64,000 bases of DNA from Fibrobacterota bacterium. GTDB taxonomy: Bacteria; Fibrobacterota; Fibrobacteria; UBA5070. A program made the position numbers and the translations under genes. Shown one piece after another: positions 33,132-42,594 of the stretch; within the stretch, counting starts at the first letter, position 1; every line of letters begins with the position of its first letter. Where the stretch lies: contig JAKPQQ010000222.1 of the NCBI GenBank assembly GCA_029557215.1, positions 18,481 through 82,480 on the forward strand, read 5' to 3'. Below the pieces are notes generated by a model. It saw only the letters and a program-made list of their open reading frames with translations. It had not been told where the DNA came from and searched no databases.

Positions 33132-33583
33132 CCCAGACGGAAACCGTCGCGAACACCGACAACCTGGAACTCACCGTCTTTTCCGTGGGCGACCTGCTCT
33201 GCGCGCTGCCGAACTCCTCGGTGCGCGAGATCTCGGGATTGCGGTCGATCACCAAGGTCCACCACGCGGCCCCGCAGGTCCGCGGGGTGGTGAACCTTCG
33301 AGGACAGATCATGACCGTCCTGGACCTGGGGATCCGGTTCGGGATCGGCCCGGTTCCCGAAGACCGCAAGGCGCGCATCCTCGTGGTGCGGTCGGGCGAA
33401 GAGGACATCGGGCTTCTCGTGGACGGGGTCGACGACGTGATGAACGCGCCGCGGACCGACCTGGAGCCGCCGCCTTCGAACGTCGGAGGCATTTCGGGAA
33501 GCTACTTCCGGGCGATCCTCAAGAACCGCGACGACCTGGTCTGCCTCCTGGACCTGGACCGGATCCTGTCCGACGGCGACTGA
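33128..33583 (+). CDS. cheW: Chemotaxis coupling protein CheW
   Basis: 151 aa; LTVFSVGDLLCALPNSSVREI..VVNLRGQIMTVLDL; ATGA overlap with cheA. Confidence 0.85.
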   Translation: MTQTETVANTDNLELTVFSVGDLLCALPNSSVREISGLRSITKVHHAAPQVRGVVNLRGQIMTVLDLGIRFGIGPVPEDRKARILVVRSGEEDIGLLVDGVDDVMNAPRTDLEPPPSNVGGISGSYFRAILKNRDDLVCLLDLDRILSDGD

Positions 33584-33604
33584 GAGGCGCCCAGACGGAT
33601 TCCG

Positions 33605-34498
33605 TCAATCCGGACAAGCGACTCCGGTCGGCGGGGAAGGCGCTCGCAGGAAGCGCACGCCGCCCTTCGGGACCTCGCTCTTCGCCTGGTCCGCCCGCGA
33701 CAACAGCCGGTCGCCACCTTCGCCACCGGAATACGTCGTGACGCCGATCGACACGGGAAGTTCCATCCCCGACCGCGCGAAGCCTTCCCGCAGGGCCCGC
33801 TCCACCACGTCCACGCGCTCCTGCGCCGCGCGCTCGTCGGCCCCGAGCCAGAGGATCACGAACTCGCCTTCCCCCCAGCGAAAAAGCCAATCCGAAGGTT
33901 TCGCGCACCCCTGGATCAGGGTCGCGGCCTGGCGCAGCGCTTCGTCGACGGCGACCTTCCCGAAATCGACTCGCATCTTGCGCAGCCCCCCGATTTCCAC
34001 CACGGACAAGGACAGGGGATCCCCGTAGCGATCGCACCTCTGGGATTCGGATTCCAGGGTTTCGGCCAGCAGGAGGCGGTTTCCCACTCCCGTGAGCGTG
34101 TCGGTCCGGGATTGCATCTCGAGTTCCCGATTGCGCTTGCGCAGCACCGACTGGATCTCCTGCAACTCCTGGACGGCCTCCGCGCCGCGCAGAAGTTCGC
34201 GTTCGAGCAGATGGACCCGGCGCAGGCCCAGGCCGCAGATGCACAGCAGCACAACCACGGCGACCTCGAGGACGATCCCGACCGGACCGTGCGACCGGGA
34301 CGCGTCGCCGAACAAGGACGATGCGAGATGGACGACCAGCCCGCCCAGGATCAGCGCAAGGATCGACCATGCGGCGATCCGGGCGACCGAGCGATGCCAA
34401 CGACGCCCTTCGACGCCGGGGTCGAGCGAGCGATCGTTCTCCGTCGCGGAACGCGACAGGCCGGGAACGTTCCGATGGATTTCCAGCACGACATCCAT
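33605..34498 (-). CDS. Membrane-anchored GGDEF diguanylate cyclase
   Basis: 297 aa from internal ATG (M67); TM segments then GGDEF-related RWGEGEFVIL and upstream DTLTGVGNR. Confidence 0.7.
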   Translation of the reverse strand: MDVVLEIHRNVPGLSRSATENDRSLDPGVEGRRWHRSVARIAAWSILALILGGLVVHLASSLFGDASRSHGPVGIVLEVAVVVLLCICGLGLRRVHLLERELLRGAEAVQELQEIQSVLRKRNRELEMQSRTDTLTGVGNRLLLAETLESESQRCDRYGDPLSLSVVEIGGLRKMRVDFGKVAVDEALRQAATLIQGCAKPSDWLFRWGEGEFVILWLGADERAAQERVDVVERALREGFARSGMELPVSIGVTTYSGGEGGDRLLSRADQAKSEVPKGGVRFLRAPSPPTGVACPD

Positions 34499-34589
34499 GA
34501 TAGTTCCGAAAAGAGGATCCAAGAATCCTTCGGGTCCGCGACCTGTCAAAAAATGTTCGCAGCCCGTCCTTCGGGGGATCGGGCTGGCC

Positions 34590-35846
34590 TCAAGGCTTCC
34601 GGAACGCCTCCACCATGGCCCCCAGCTCCGTCCCCAGGCGGGAGAGGACTTCGGACTGCTCGCCGACGAGTCTGGCGTCGCTTTCGATGACCGCAAGCGG
34701 CGCCTGCAATTCGCCGATCACCGATGTCGTTTCGGACAGCTTCAGACCGGATTCGGTGACGACCTCCGAAATCGTGGCGGCCTGTTCGTCCACGAACTTG
34801 ACGTTGGCGGAGATCTCTGCGATGGTTCCTGTCTGCTTGCGGACGCGCTCCTCGATCCCGCGCGACATCCGGTCGACTTCGTCGACCTTCCCGCTGATCC
34901 TCTGCATCGCGTCCACCGCAGAACGCGTGGCCGCCTGGATCGACACCACCATGTCCCGGATCTTCTCGGTGGAACGCGCGGTCTGGCTGGAAAGCTCCTT
35001 GACTTCCCCGGCCACGACGGCGAATCCCTTCCCGGCCTCGCCGGCCCTCGCCGCTTCGATGGTGGCGTTCAAGGCCAACAACCGCGTCCGCGCGGCGATC
35101 GCCTGGATTTCGGAAAGGATCCCTCCGATGGCTTCGGCCTCGCGGCTGAGTCCGACCATCACGTCCGTCGCCGCCCCGGCCTCCTCGCGCGCCTTGCCCG
35201 CCAACTGCACCTCGTCCACGCAGGTGCCGGCGACGTCGGTGAGCGAACGCGCGATCTCGTCGGCCGACGAGGAAAGCATCCCGATGCACGCCGACACGTC
35301 CTGCAGGGAACCCGAGATCCCCGCGAGATCGTTCGACGCCGTTCTCGTGGCCTCCATCACCTTCGCGGAAGTCCGCTCCATGGCCTCGATCTGCTCCGGC
35401 ATCCTGGCGGAAAAACCGGCCAGGTCGTTGGCGGCGGCGGTCAGCGGTTCCGCCCGACCGGCCAGAGGGTCGACCAGCGACTGGAGGCGCCCCATGACCG
35501 TGTTGAAATCGTTGGCGATGGCCACGATGTCGTCGTAGCCCTGGACCTCGATCCGGACCCCGATCCCTCCGCCGTCCGACGCCAGATGACGCAATCTGCC
35601 CGCAATGCCCTCGACGGGCGCCACGGCGCGCGCCACGAGCCTCCAGGTAACGAACCCCGCGAGCCCGGCCACCAGGAGGCTCCAGCCGAACCCCCGCCAG
35701 GACGCCCCCGCGAACAGGAGCACAGCCAGATCAGAAAGCACCAGTCCGGACAGCGCCGGGGCGAGCACGCGCCACCGGAGCCCGATCTTCCTCCGCTCGG
35801 CCTGGAGGCGGATCCACCGCGGATCCCTTTTCCACGACATCGACAT
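34590..35846 (-). CDS. mcp: Methyl-accepting chemotaxis protein (2 TM + HAMP + MA domain)
   Basis: 418 aa; SD ggagg; highly conserved MCP signalling hairpin RTRLLALNATIEAARAGEAGKGFAVVAGEVKELS. Confidence 0.8.
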   Translation of the reverse strand: MSMSWKRDPRWIRLQAERRKIGLRWRVLAPALSGLVLSDLAVLLFAGASWRGFGWSLLVAGLAGFVTWRLVARAVAPVEGIAGRLRHLASDGGGIGVRIEVQGYDDIVAIANDFNTVMGRLQSLVDPLAGRAEPLTAAANDLAGFSARMPEQIEAMERTSAKVMEATRTASNDLAGISGSLQDVSACIGMLSSSADEIARSLTDVAGTCVDEVQLAGKAREEAGAATDVMVGLSREAEAIGGILSEIQAIAARTRLLALNATIEAARAGEAGKGFAVVAGEVKELSSQTARSTEKIRDMVVSIQAATRSAVDAMQRISGKVDEVDRMSRGIEERVRKQTGTIAEISANVKFVDEQAATISEVVTESGLKLSETTSVIGELQAPLAVIESDARLVGEQSEVLSRLGTELGAMVEAFRKP

Positions 35847-35866
35847 GGAAACCTCCGGCGACGGGT

Positions 35867-38266
35867 TCAGGACGCGAAGCGGCTCGGCAATTGGATGATG
35901 GTCTTCGACCCCGATCCCGGCACGCTGGTCAGGCGCAAGGTGCCCCCTTGCGATTCCACGCACTCCTTCACTGCCGACATGCCCACGCCGCGACCCGACA
36001 CGTCGGAAACCGACGATGCGGTCGACACCCCCGCCTCGTAGACGAGCTGGATCTTCTCGTCGTCGGACATCCTGGCGATCTCGGCCGGAGTGGCGACGCC
36101 GTTTTCGACGGCCTTCCTCGCCACCGATTCGACGTTGATGCCTCCGCCGTCGTCGGAAAGCGTGACCGTGACCTGGTCGTCGTTGATCGCGACCTCCAGA
36201 CGGATGGTTCCCCGTTCCGGTTTGCCCTTGGCCGCCCGATCGGAAGGCGACTCGATGCCATGGTCCACGGAGTTCCGCAGCATGTGGATCAAGGCCTCGT
36301 CGATGGGATTGAAGAAATGCGGACTCAGCTCGAGATGGGTCGGAACGACCTCGAAGTGGATCTGCTTGCCCAGCCGCTCGGCCAGGCGCCCGATCATGCC
36401 GCGGTACTTGTCGGCCAGGCGCGCCAACGGCACGTCGCGAAGACGCTCGCAGGCCATCGCCAGGGTCTTGACCGCCTCGGAATCGGCCACCACGGCGCTT
36501 CCGGAATGCATCGCCAACGCCATCCGGCGGACATGCTCGATCTTGCGCTCGGAAATCTGGACCAGGGCGTCGCCCTCCCCACCGCCACCCGACAACCGTT
36601 TTTCCGTTTCCAGGATTTCCTGGTAGGCGGCGTCCATCTCCTCGAGACGTTCGGCCAACGCACCCAAGGTGACGGTGGTCCGCACGGTGATGGGTTCCTT
36701 CAGGTCTTCCAGCAGGTCCTCGCTGTGGTGGGCCAACCTGCCCAGCCGTTCGAATCCGTAGGTGCCCGCGTTGCCCTTGATCGTGTGCAGATCCCGGAAC
36801 AGGCGCCCGATGTCCTCGGGTGACGGCTTGAAACCGGGACCGTCGGGGAACTTCTCCCGCGCCGCCGTCGCGCGGTCGAGCATCGATTTGGCGAGGTCGG
36901 TGAGGTCGTCCAGACGCTTGCGGGCGTCCTTCTGGAAATCCTTGATGACCTCGGGCAGGTTGTTCACCAGGCCCAGGATGGTCTTCACCTCGTTCTCGTG
37001 GCGCTCCTTCTCTTCGGCGACCACGCGTTCGATGCGCCTCGCCTCGGTCTCGTCCTGCGCCAGGACCATGATCTTCTCGACGTCGCGGTTCTTGTCGTAC
37101 ATGCGCTGGTAGCGCACGCGCACGTAGCGGGTCTGGCCGTCGGCGCCCGGGATTTCCAGATCCTGCACCGGAGCGACCTTGGTCAGCTTGTCCCAGCGCA
37201 TGGCCGCGTGCTTGGAACGGACCAGGTTGAGCCAGCCCACGAAGTCCTCTTCCTGCGAAGGGCTCAGATGCAGGGCGTCGCGGATCGACTGGAGTTCGTT
37301 GACCCCGAGGATCTCAGGAGCGGCCTTGGAGTGTTCCGGACTGATGTTGCCGTCGAACCCCACGACGAACAATCCCTGCTCGACGTTGTCCAGGATGTCG
37401 CGCACCTGGCGCATCTTGGCTTCCACGAGCTCTTCCAGGTGCTCGGTGTAGGTCTGCACGGTCTGGCGCATCGTCTCGAAGGTGGACGCGAGCTCCCCGA
37501 TCTCGTCGTCGGAATGCACGACCACGGGCTGCTTGTAGTCGCCGTTCTTGATGATCTCCGCCGCCGCCGCCAGTTCGCGGATCGGACGCGACAGGTTCGC
37601 CGCCTCGCTTCCGAACTTGCGAAGCGAGATGAGCAGGGCTCCGGTTCCCAGCGCAACCAGGAGGACGATCACCAGCGCGGTCCCCTTGCGGCTGCCGTCC
37701 TTCGCGGCCTGGATCGCCTCGCGCATGGTCGCGGTGGACAACTTGTACAGGATCCATCCCATGGGCGCTTCGGGATCGCCCACCGGGGCCGCGAACTCGA
37801 GAAGTTCGTCGGACACCCCGACGGTCCTGCGCGACTCGATGGCCTCGAGGGAACGGGCCCACACGATCGCCGGATCCCCGAGTTCCTCGGCCTTCGCCAG
37901 GATGCCGGCCATGCGGACGGAATCCGTCTCGTCGGCCGTCGCCCAGGGCATGGAGGAATCCGCCATGATGAAGGTCCCGGACACCACGTCGATGTCGTCC
38001 TTCACGGTGGACGCCACCAGATCCTTGATCTGCATGAACGCGTTGCCTTCCGCCATCCCCACCAGCGCCTGGGCGTTGTTGGCGGTCAACAGCCTCCCCT
38101 TGGCCTTGAGGGACGATTCGATCCGCATCACGGTCTCGCGCTGCGTCTTCCCGCCGAGGAACACGTTGAGGATCACCACCGCCAACGTGACGAGCACGAA
38201 GGCGGGCACGAGAACCATCAGCGATGTCTTGACCAGTTTTCCCTGGATTGTCGTTCGCGCGGCCAT
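35867..38266 (-). CDS. Membrane-bound sensor with periplasmic domain, HAMP, PAS-like region, Hpt and CheA-type ATPase (P4) but no CheW-like P5 domain
   Basis: 799 aa; SD ggagga; TM1 LMVLVPAFVLVTLAVVIL, TM2 ALVIVLLVALGTGALLI; Hpt motif FRDLHTIKGNAGTYGFERL; CheA P4 signature HMLRNSVDHGIE..DDGGGI..VSGRGVGMSAVKE; protein ends immediately after the ATPase. Confidence 0.75.
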   Translation of the reverse strand: MAARTTIQGKLVKTSLMVLVPAFVLVTLAVVILNVFLGGKTQRETVMRIESSLKAKGRLLTANNAQALVGMAEGNAFMQIKDLVASTVKDDIDVVSGTFIMADSSMPWATADETDSVRMAGILAKAEELGDPAIVWARSLEAIESRRTVGVSDELLEFAAPVGDPEAPMGWILYKLSTATMREAIQAAKDGSRKGTALVIVLLVALGTGALLISLRKFGSEAANLSRPIRELAAAAEIIKNGDYKQPVVVHSDDEIGELASTFETMRQTVQTYTEHLEELVEAKMRQVRDILDNVEQGLFVVGFDGNISPEHSKAAPEILGVNELQSIRDALHLSPSQEEDFVGWLNLVRSKHAAMRWDKLTKVAPVQDLEIPGADGQTRYVRVRYQRMYDKNRDVEKIMVLAQDETEARRIERVVAEEKERHENEVKTILGLVNNLPEVIKDFQKDARKRLDDLTDLAKSMLDRATAAREKFPDGPGFKPSPEDIGRLFRDLHTIKGNAGTYGFERLGRLAHHSEDLLEDLKEPITVRTTVTLGALAERLEEMDAAYQEILETEKRLSGGGGEGDALVQISERKIEHVRRMALAMHSGSAVVADSEAVKTLAMACERLRDVPLARLADKYRGMIGRLAERLGKQIHFEVVPTHLELSPHFFNPIDEALIHMLRNSVDHGIESPSDRAAKGKPERGTIRLEVAINDDQVTVTLSDDGGGINVESVARKAVENGVATPAEIARMSDDEKIQLVYEAGVSTASSVSDVSGRGVGMSAVKECVESQGGTLRLTSVPGSGSKTIIQLPSRFAS

Positions 38267-38302
38267 TTGGGTATCCTCCGGATTCCTGCTCGTAACCGAT
38301 TC

Positions 38303-39277
38303 CTACTCGAGAACCTTGTCGACTTCGCCCAGCTTGTCCTGCTGGACTCCGCAGCACGACTTCATGCCGCGGAGGTTCAGGGTCTTGATCACCGACAACG
38401 GCTGGTCGACCTTGGGATCCTCGACCTTCCAGCCCGCGTCCTCGATCTCCTGGACCAGCCCCGCGGCCTGCGCCCCGAGGGCGTAGTTGTCGGGAAGCAC
38501 CGCGAACGTCCCGAACTTGAGCTCGGGCTTCACGAGGCTTTCCACGCCCACCACGACCGGATGCTTCCAACCGGAAAGCCGGGGCAGCCAGACCTCCTTG
38601 ACCAGTTTCGCGTTGAGGAAGAAATTGTCGTTGATCACCAGGAGCACGTCGATGTCGGAACGCTTGGTCAGTTCCTTCAGGGCGTCGTTGAGCGCGGATT
38701 TGGCGTCGGCGTCGTCCGGAACCCTGATCCCCACGATCTCCACGTTCTCCTGGGCGCAGAATTCGGCGTTCTTGCGGATCATGTCGTCCATGGACGCCCT
38801 GTGGACCACGCCGATCTTCTTGATCGGATTGGACAGGAGCGAACGCAGGTTCACGATCGTCGTCACCGCCGGGATCTCGTAGTTGATCCCCACGACGTTC
38901 TGCACGTCCCGGATGGTCGCGTCGATCCGCACCCCCATGAGGGCGACTCCCGGCGTGACGGAATCCGACATCTTGACGCGGGCGTCCTTGAACAGCGCGA
39001 CACCGCGGTTGTCCATGGCGACCACGACCTTGGGTGCGGCCTCCTTCCAGGCCTTCTGCACTTCTTCGACGGAGGTTTCCTTGGTGACGACGAGCCCCTT
39101 GAGGTCGTATCCGTCGCCGAGCGTCTCCTGGATGCCCTTCTTGGCGTCGTCGAACGACGGGCCGGCCGGGTGCAGCACGAGGATCCGTTTCGATTCATCC
39201 TGGCCGAAGGCCGCCGCGCCCAGGAAAGCCGTGGCGACCGCGACGATCCAGGTCGGTGCGTGTTTCACTTGATCCAT
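38303..39277 (-). CDS. Periplasmic solute-binding-like protein (ABC-type uncharacterised transport system periplasmic component, COG2984-like)
   Basis: 324 aa; signal peptide MDQVKHAPTWIVAVATAFLGAAAFGQ; alpha/beta SBP-like fold signature. Confidence 0.55.
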   Translation of the reverse strand: MDQVKHAPTWIVAVATAFLGAAAFGQDESKRILVLHPAGPSFDDAKKGIQETLGDGYDLKGLVVTKETSVEEVQKAWKEAAPKVVVAMDNRGVALFKDARVKMSDSVTPGVALMGVRIDATIRDVQNVVGINYEIPAVTTIVNLRSLLSNPIKKIGVVHRASMDDMIRKNAEFCAQENVEIVGIRVPDDADAKSALNDALKELTKRSDIDVLLVINDNFFLNAKLVKEVWLPRLSGWKHPVVVGVESLVKPELKFGTFAVLPDNYALGAQAAGLVQEIEDAGWKVEDPKVDQPLSVIKTLNLRGMKSCCGVQQDKLGEVDKVLE

Positions 39278-39951
39278 GAGTCCACCCCCAGCATCTTCTT
39301 CTCGGCGGTACCGAGCGTCTTGAGCGCGGCTTCCAGCTTCGAGGCGTCGCCCTTGGCCGATGCGACCAGCAAGCCGATCTTGCCGTTGGCCACGTCGGTG
39401 GTCTGGAGCGCGGCCTGCGAACGTCCCTTGATCTCGTCGACCTGCCCTTCGCCCACCAGGATCGCGTCGGCCGACCCGAAGGTCAGGAGCGGAAGCAGGT
39501 CCTCCACCTTGGTCACGATCTTGAGCTTGGGCTGCGATCCCACCACGCTCTTGACGTAGCCGTTCATGGCGGGGCGTTCCAATACGCCCACCACGCCCAC
39601 GTTCGCCGTGGCCAGCGCGTCGGCCACCACCGGTTTGGTGGAGATCAGCACAGCCGGCTCCAAGGCGCCGCCGTTGCGGGCCCCCTTCAGGAAGACCTTG
39701 AAGTCCGGGAACTGCTCGGCCAGGGCCTTCGGGGCGAGGATCGCGTCGGGCGGGGTCTGCTTGATCATCGTGGTGAAATCGGCGAGGCGTCCGAACACCG
39801 TCACTTCGTGGCCGGACAGCTTCGCCTGGAGCGCGGCCTGGACCACGTTCGGCTTGGCCATGCTCGGGAAGAACACGTAGATCTTGTCCGCCGAGGTCTG
39901 GGCGGCGAGGAACGCCGCGGCAAGCCAGGGTACGGCTCGATGGAGTTTCAT
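39265..39951 (-). CDS. Periplasmic binding-protein-like protein (PhnD/SsuA-like)
   Basis: 228 aa; signal peptide MKLHRAVPWLAAAFLAAQTSA; overlaps the downstream SBP gene by 13 nt. Confidence 0.5.
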   Translation of the reverse strand: MKLHRAVPWLAAAFLAAQTSADKIYVFFPSMAKPNVVQAALQAKLSGHEVTVFGRLADFTTMIKQTPPDAILAPKALAEQFPDFKVFLKGARNGGALEPAVLISTKPVVADALATANVGVVGVLERPAMNGYVKSVVGSQPKLKIVTKVEDLLPLLTFGSADAILVGEGQVDEIKGRSQAALQTTDVANGKIGLLVASAKGDASKLEAALKTLGTAEKKMLGVDSWIK

Positions 39952-42071
39952 GCATCGACCTCCGAATAGATGAACCGGGTTGACGGAACCGCCGCGGACA
40001 GCGGCATCCGTATGACGAACGACGAACCTTTGCCGGACACGGTCTTCACGTGGATCGTGCCGCCCAGGCTCGACAACGCGTCCTTGACCATGTCCAACCC
40101 CACTCCGCGACCGGAGAATTCCCCGACCTTTTCGCGCGTGGTGAATCCCGCGAGGAACATGAAATCCAGGACTTCCTCGTCGCGGGCGAGCGCGGCCTTG
40201 GACTTGTCGATGAGCCCCTTCTCGACGGCCTTGTTCCGGACTGCCTCGAGGTCGATGCCCCGACCGTCGTCGGAGAACACGAGTTCCAGCCGGTCCTTGA
40301 TCCGCTTGTATTCCAACGTGACGATTCCCGTCTCGAGCTTGCCCGCGGCCACGCGCTCCTGGGGCTTTTCCAGACCGTGGTCCAGCGAGTTGTTGACCAG
40401 GTGGACCAGGCAGCGATGCAGGACCCGCAGGACCTCGACATCGATGGCTCCGGATCCGACCAGCGAAAACGAGGCCTTCTTCCCCAGGCGGGTGGCCGTC
40501 TTGCCGATCACGGACTGCAAGGTCCTGCCCAACCGCGCGACGTCCACTTCCTTCAATGCGGCCGCCGAGGCCGCCGCCGCCGCCAGCATCGAAAGCGTCG
40601 CCGGGTTCCAGCCGAGGTTCCGCCCGGCTTCGTGGACGCCCCACACGGACGCGGCCACGCTCTCGATGTCGGAAATCTGGGCCATCACCGCGGGAGCGTT
40701 GCGCACCACCTTCTCGTCGAGCTTCTCGTCCCTCTGTCCGAGCTTGCCCCGCAGTTCCTCCAGGCGCCGGACGTAGCCTTCGGCCTCCTCGATCCCCTTG
40801 CGGATCTTCTGGAACTCCTCCTCCTCGCCGTCGCCCGTCTCCCATTCTTCCTGGTCGCGGAGCTTGGCGATGTCGTTCTCGATCTCCAATGCCAGATTCT
40901 GGAGCCCCTTGAACTGGAACTGGCCGGAATTGCCCTTGAGCGTGTGCACGGCCCGGTACAGCGTGTCGATGAACTTGCGGTCGCGGTTGGCGGTCTCCAC
41001 GATGTTCTCGGCTTCCTTGAGAAGACCGGAACTGTCGTAGACGAAATCCTGGATCTCGTCGGGTTCCAGGTTCACGATCTGGCTCATCAGCTCCATGTTC
41101 TCCTCGTGGAGACGCGAGAGCTTCTTCATCTCCGATTCCACGCGCCGATTTTCCGTCACGTCCTCGACGATGAGCATCAGGCCGTCCAGCTTTCCGTCGT
41201 CGGAGAGCAGAGGGATCCACTCCGGCCGCACCACCACGCCTCGGCAGTTCAGCGCCTCGGAGATGGGACTCAAGCCGACCATGTCCTTGAACGGGAGCAG
41301 CCCCCACTTGTCGTACACGACCTCCAGCCACTTGTCCATGTCGGACACGCGCGCCGGATCGAACCCGAGCATCTCCACGACGTGCATCCCGGGCACCTGG
41401 GTGTCCTTGTCGAGACCCACCGTCTCCGGGGTCTTGCGCCCGAATCCCGGACGGATCCTGCCGTGGCGGTCCACCGTGACCAGTCCGGAAGGGAATGATT
41501 CGAGCATCGAGGCCACGGATCGCTTGGCCGCCGACGCTTCGCGCGCGGATTCGCCCAGCGCCTGGATCACGGCCTGCAGCCGTTCCCCCAGCTCCAGTCC
41601 CATCATGTTCAGCACGAAGAAGCAGTCCACGTCGCCGACCTCGCCCTTGAGCGTGATCTTGCCGGCGGGGACCTCCGGATATTCCAGTTCGCCGTAGATG
41701 ACCACGGGAGGAAGGAAGGTCAAGGCGTCGAAATCCTTCTCGAGCCCGGGGATCGCCTGCCCCACGGAGGTGTTCAAGGCCTCCTTGAGGAATCCGCCGA
41801 AGTCGCCACGCATGGACTTCAAGTCGTCGGCGCCCATGCCGTCCGACCAGGCGCCGATCATCCTGGCCGCGGTCTCCTCGGTCATGGAGACGGCGTATTC
41901 GCCCTGGATCGCCCCGGTGAAGTGGATCATCACGGCCATTCCGCGGTCGGGCGAGAACTTCGCCTGGCACAGCGTGGATTCGTCGGGGACCATCTCGCAT
42001 CCGACCATGTCGCGGATGTTCCCGCACACGCCGGCCGCGAATTGTCCGACATATTCCGTCAATGCAGTCAT
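39948..42071 (-). CDS. Cytoplasmic CheX-like domain + PAS + Hpt + CheA-type ATPase kinase (no P5)
   Basis: 707 aa from ATG M146; N-terminal CheX-like block (MIHFTGAIQGEYAVSM), Hpt LYRAVHTLKGNSGQFQF, P4 HLVNNSLDHGLE..DDGRGID..FSGRGVGLDMVKD. Confidence 0.7.
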   Translation of the reverse strand: MTALTEYVGQFAAGVCGNIRDMVGCEMVPDESTLCQAKFSPDRGMAVMIHFTGAIQGEYAVSMTEETAARMIGAWSDGMGADDLKSMRGDFGGFLKEALNTSVGQAIPGLEKDFDALTFLPPVVIYGELEYPEVPAGKITLKGEVGDVDCFFVLNMMGLELGERLQAVIQALGESAREASAAKRSVASMLESFPSGLVTVDRHGRIRPGFGRKTPETVGLDKDTQVPGMHVVEMLGFDPARVSDMDKWLEVVYDKWGLLPFKDMVGLSPISEALNCRGVVVRPEWIPLLSDDGKLDGLMLIVEDVTENRRVESEMKKLSRLHEENMELMSQIVNLEPDEIQDFVYDSSGLLKEAENIVETANRDRKFIDTLYRAVHTLKGNSGQFQFKGLQNLALEIENDIAKLRDQEEWETGDGEEEEFQKIRKGIEEAEGYVRRLEELRGKLGQRDEKLDEKVVRNAPAVMAQISDIESVAASVWGVHEAGRNLGWNPATLSMLAAAAASAAALKEVDVARLGRTLQSVIGKTATRLGKKASFSLVGSGAIDVEVLRVLHRCLVHLVNNSLDHGLEKPQERVAAGKLETGIVTLEYKRIKDRLELVFSDDGRGIDLEAVRNKAVEKGLIDKSKAALARDEEVLDFMFLAGFTTREKVGEFSGRGVGLDMVKDALSSLGGTIHVKTVSGKGSSFVIRMPLSAAVPSTRFIYSEVDA

Positions 42072-42094
42072 TGGACGCTCCGGGACCTGGGTGG

Positions 42095-42475
42095 TCAGTT
42101 GAAGACTTCGTCGACCGATTGCTTGAAGTCTTCCACGAACAGGGGGTCGGAGAACTTGAGGGGTTTTTCCACGTAGCCCTTGGCGCCGCGGTTCAGGCAT
42201 TCCAGCACCGTGTTCCCCTTGACCGCCGAGATGACCATGATCCGCGCGTCGGCGAACTCGGTGAGGATCTCGTTGATCGCGGTCTTGCCGTCCTTGTTGG
42301 GCATGGTGAGGTCCATGGTGACAAGATCCGGCTTGTGCTTGCGGTAGAGATCCACTGCCTCGTTGCCGTCCTTGCCGATCGCCACGACCTGGAAACCCAG
42401 TTGGGAGGTGAAGAACTCGGCGATCTGCTTCGACAGGAAGCTGGAATCGTCCACGATCAGGACCGTCTTGGGCAT
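42095..42475 (-). CDS. CheY-like single-domain response regulator
   Basis: 126 aa from ATG M8 (SD aggagg); VLIVDDS..LVTMDLTMPNKDG..GYVEKPL. Confidence 0.85.
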   Translation of the reverse strand: MPKTVLIVDDSSFLSKQIAEFFTSQLGFQVVAIGKDGNEAVDLYRKHKPDLVTMDLTMPNKDGKTAINEILTEFADARIMVISAVKGNTVLECLNRGAKGYVEKPLKFSDPLFVEDFKQSVDEVFN

Positions 42476-42594
42476 TGTTCCTCCTTCGGGCCGCACGGGC
42501 GCACAACTAGAGAGTCTGGATGATCCTACCGCTTGAAATCGAGGGAAGTCAAGGGGTAAGATGTCCGAAGCATCGCCTTTTCCTGGAGGACGGG

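Noticed and set aside
29681-33583. 1300-aa plus-strand ORF and the 1154-aa minus-strand ORF (29661..33125) over cheA
   Set aside because: Off-frame artefacts with low-complexity Arg/Gly/Pro translation. Only its last 151 codons (cheW, 33128..33583) are real.
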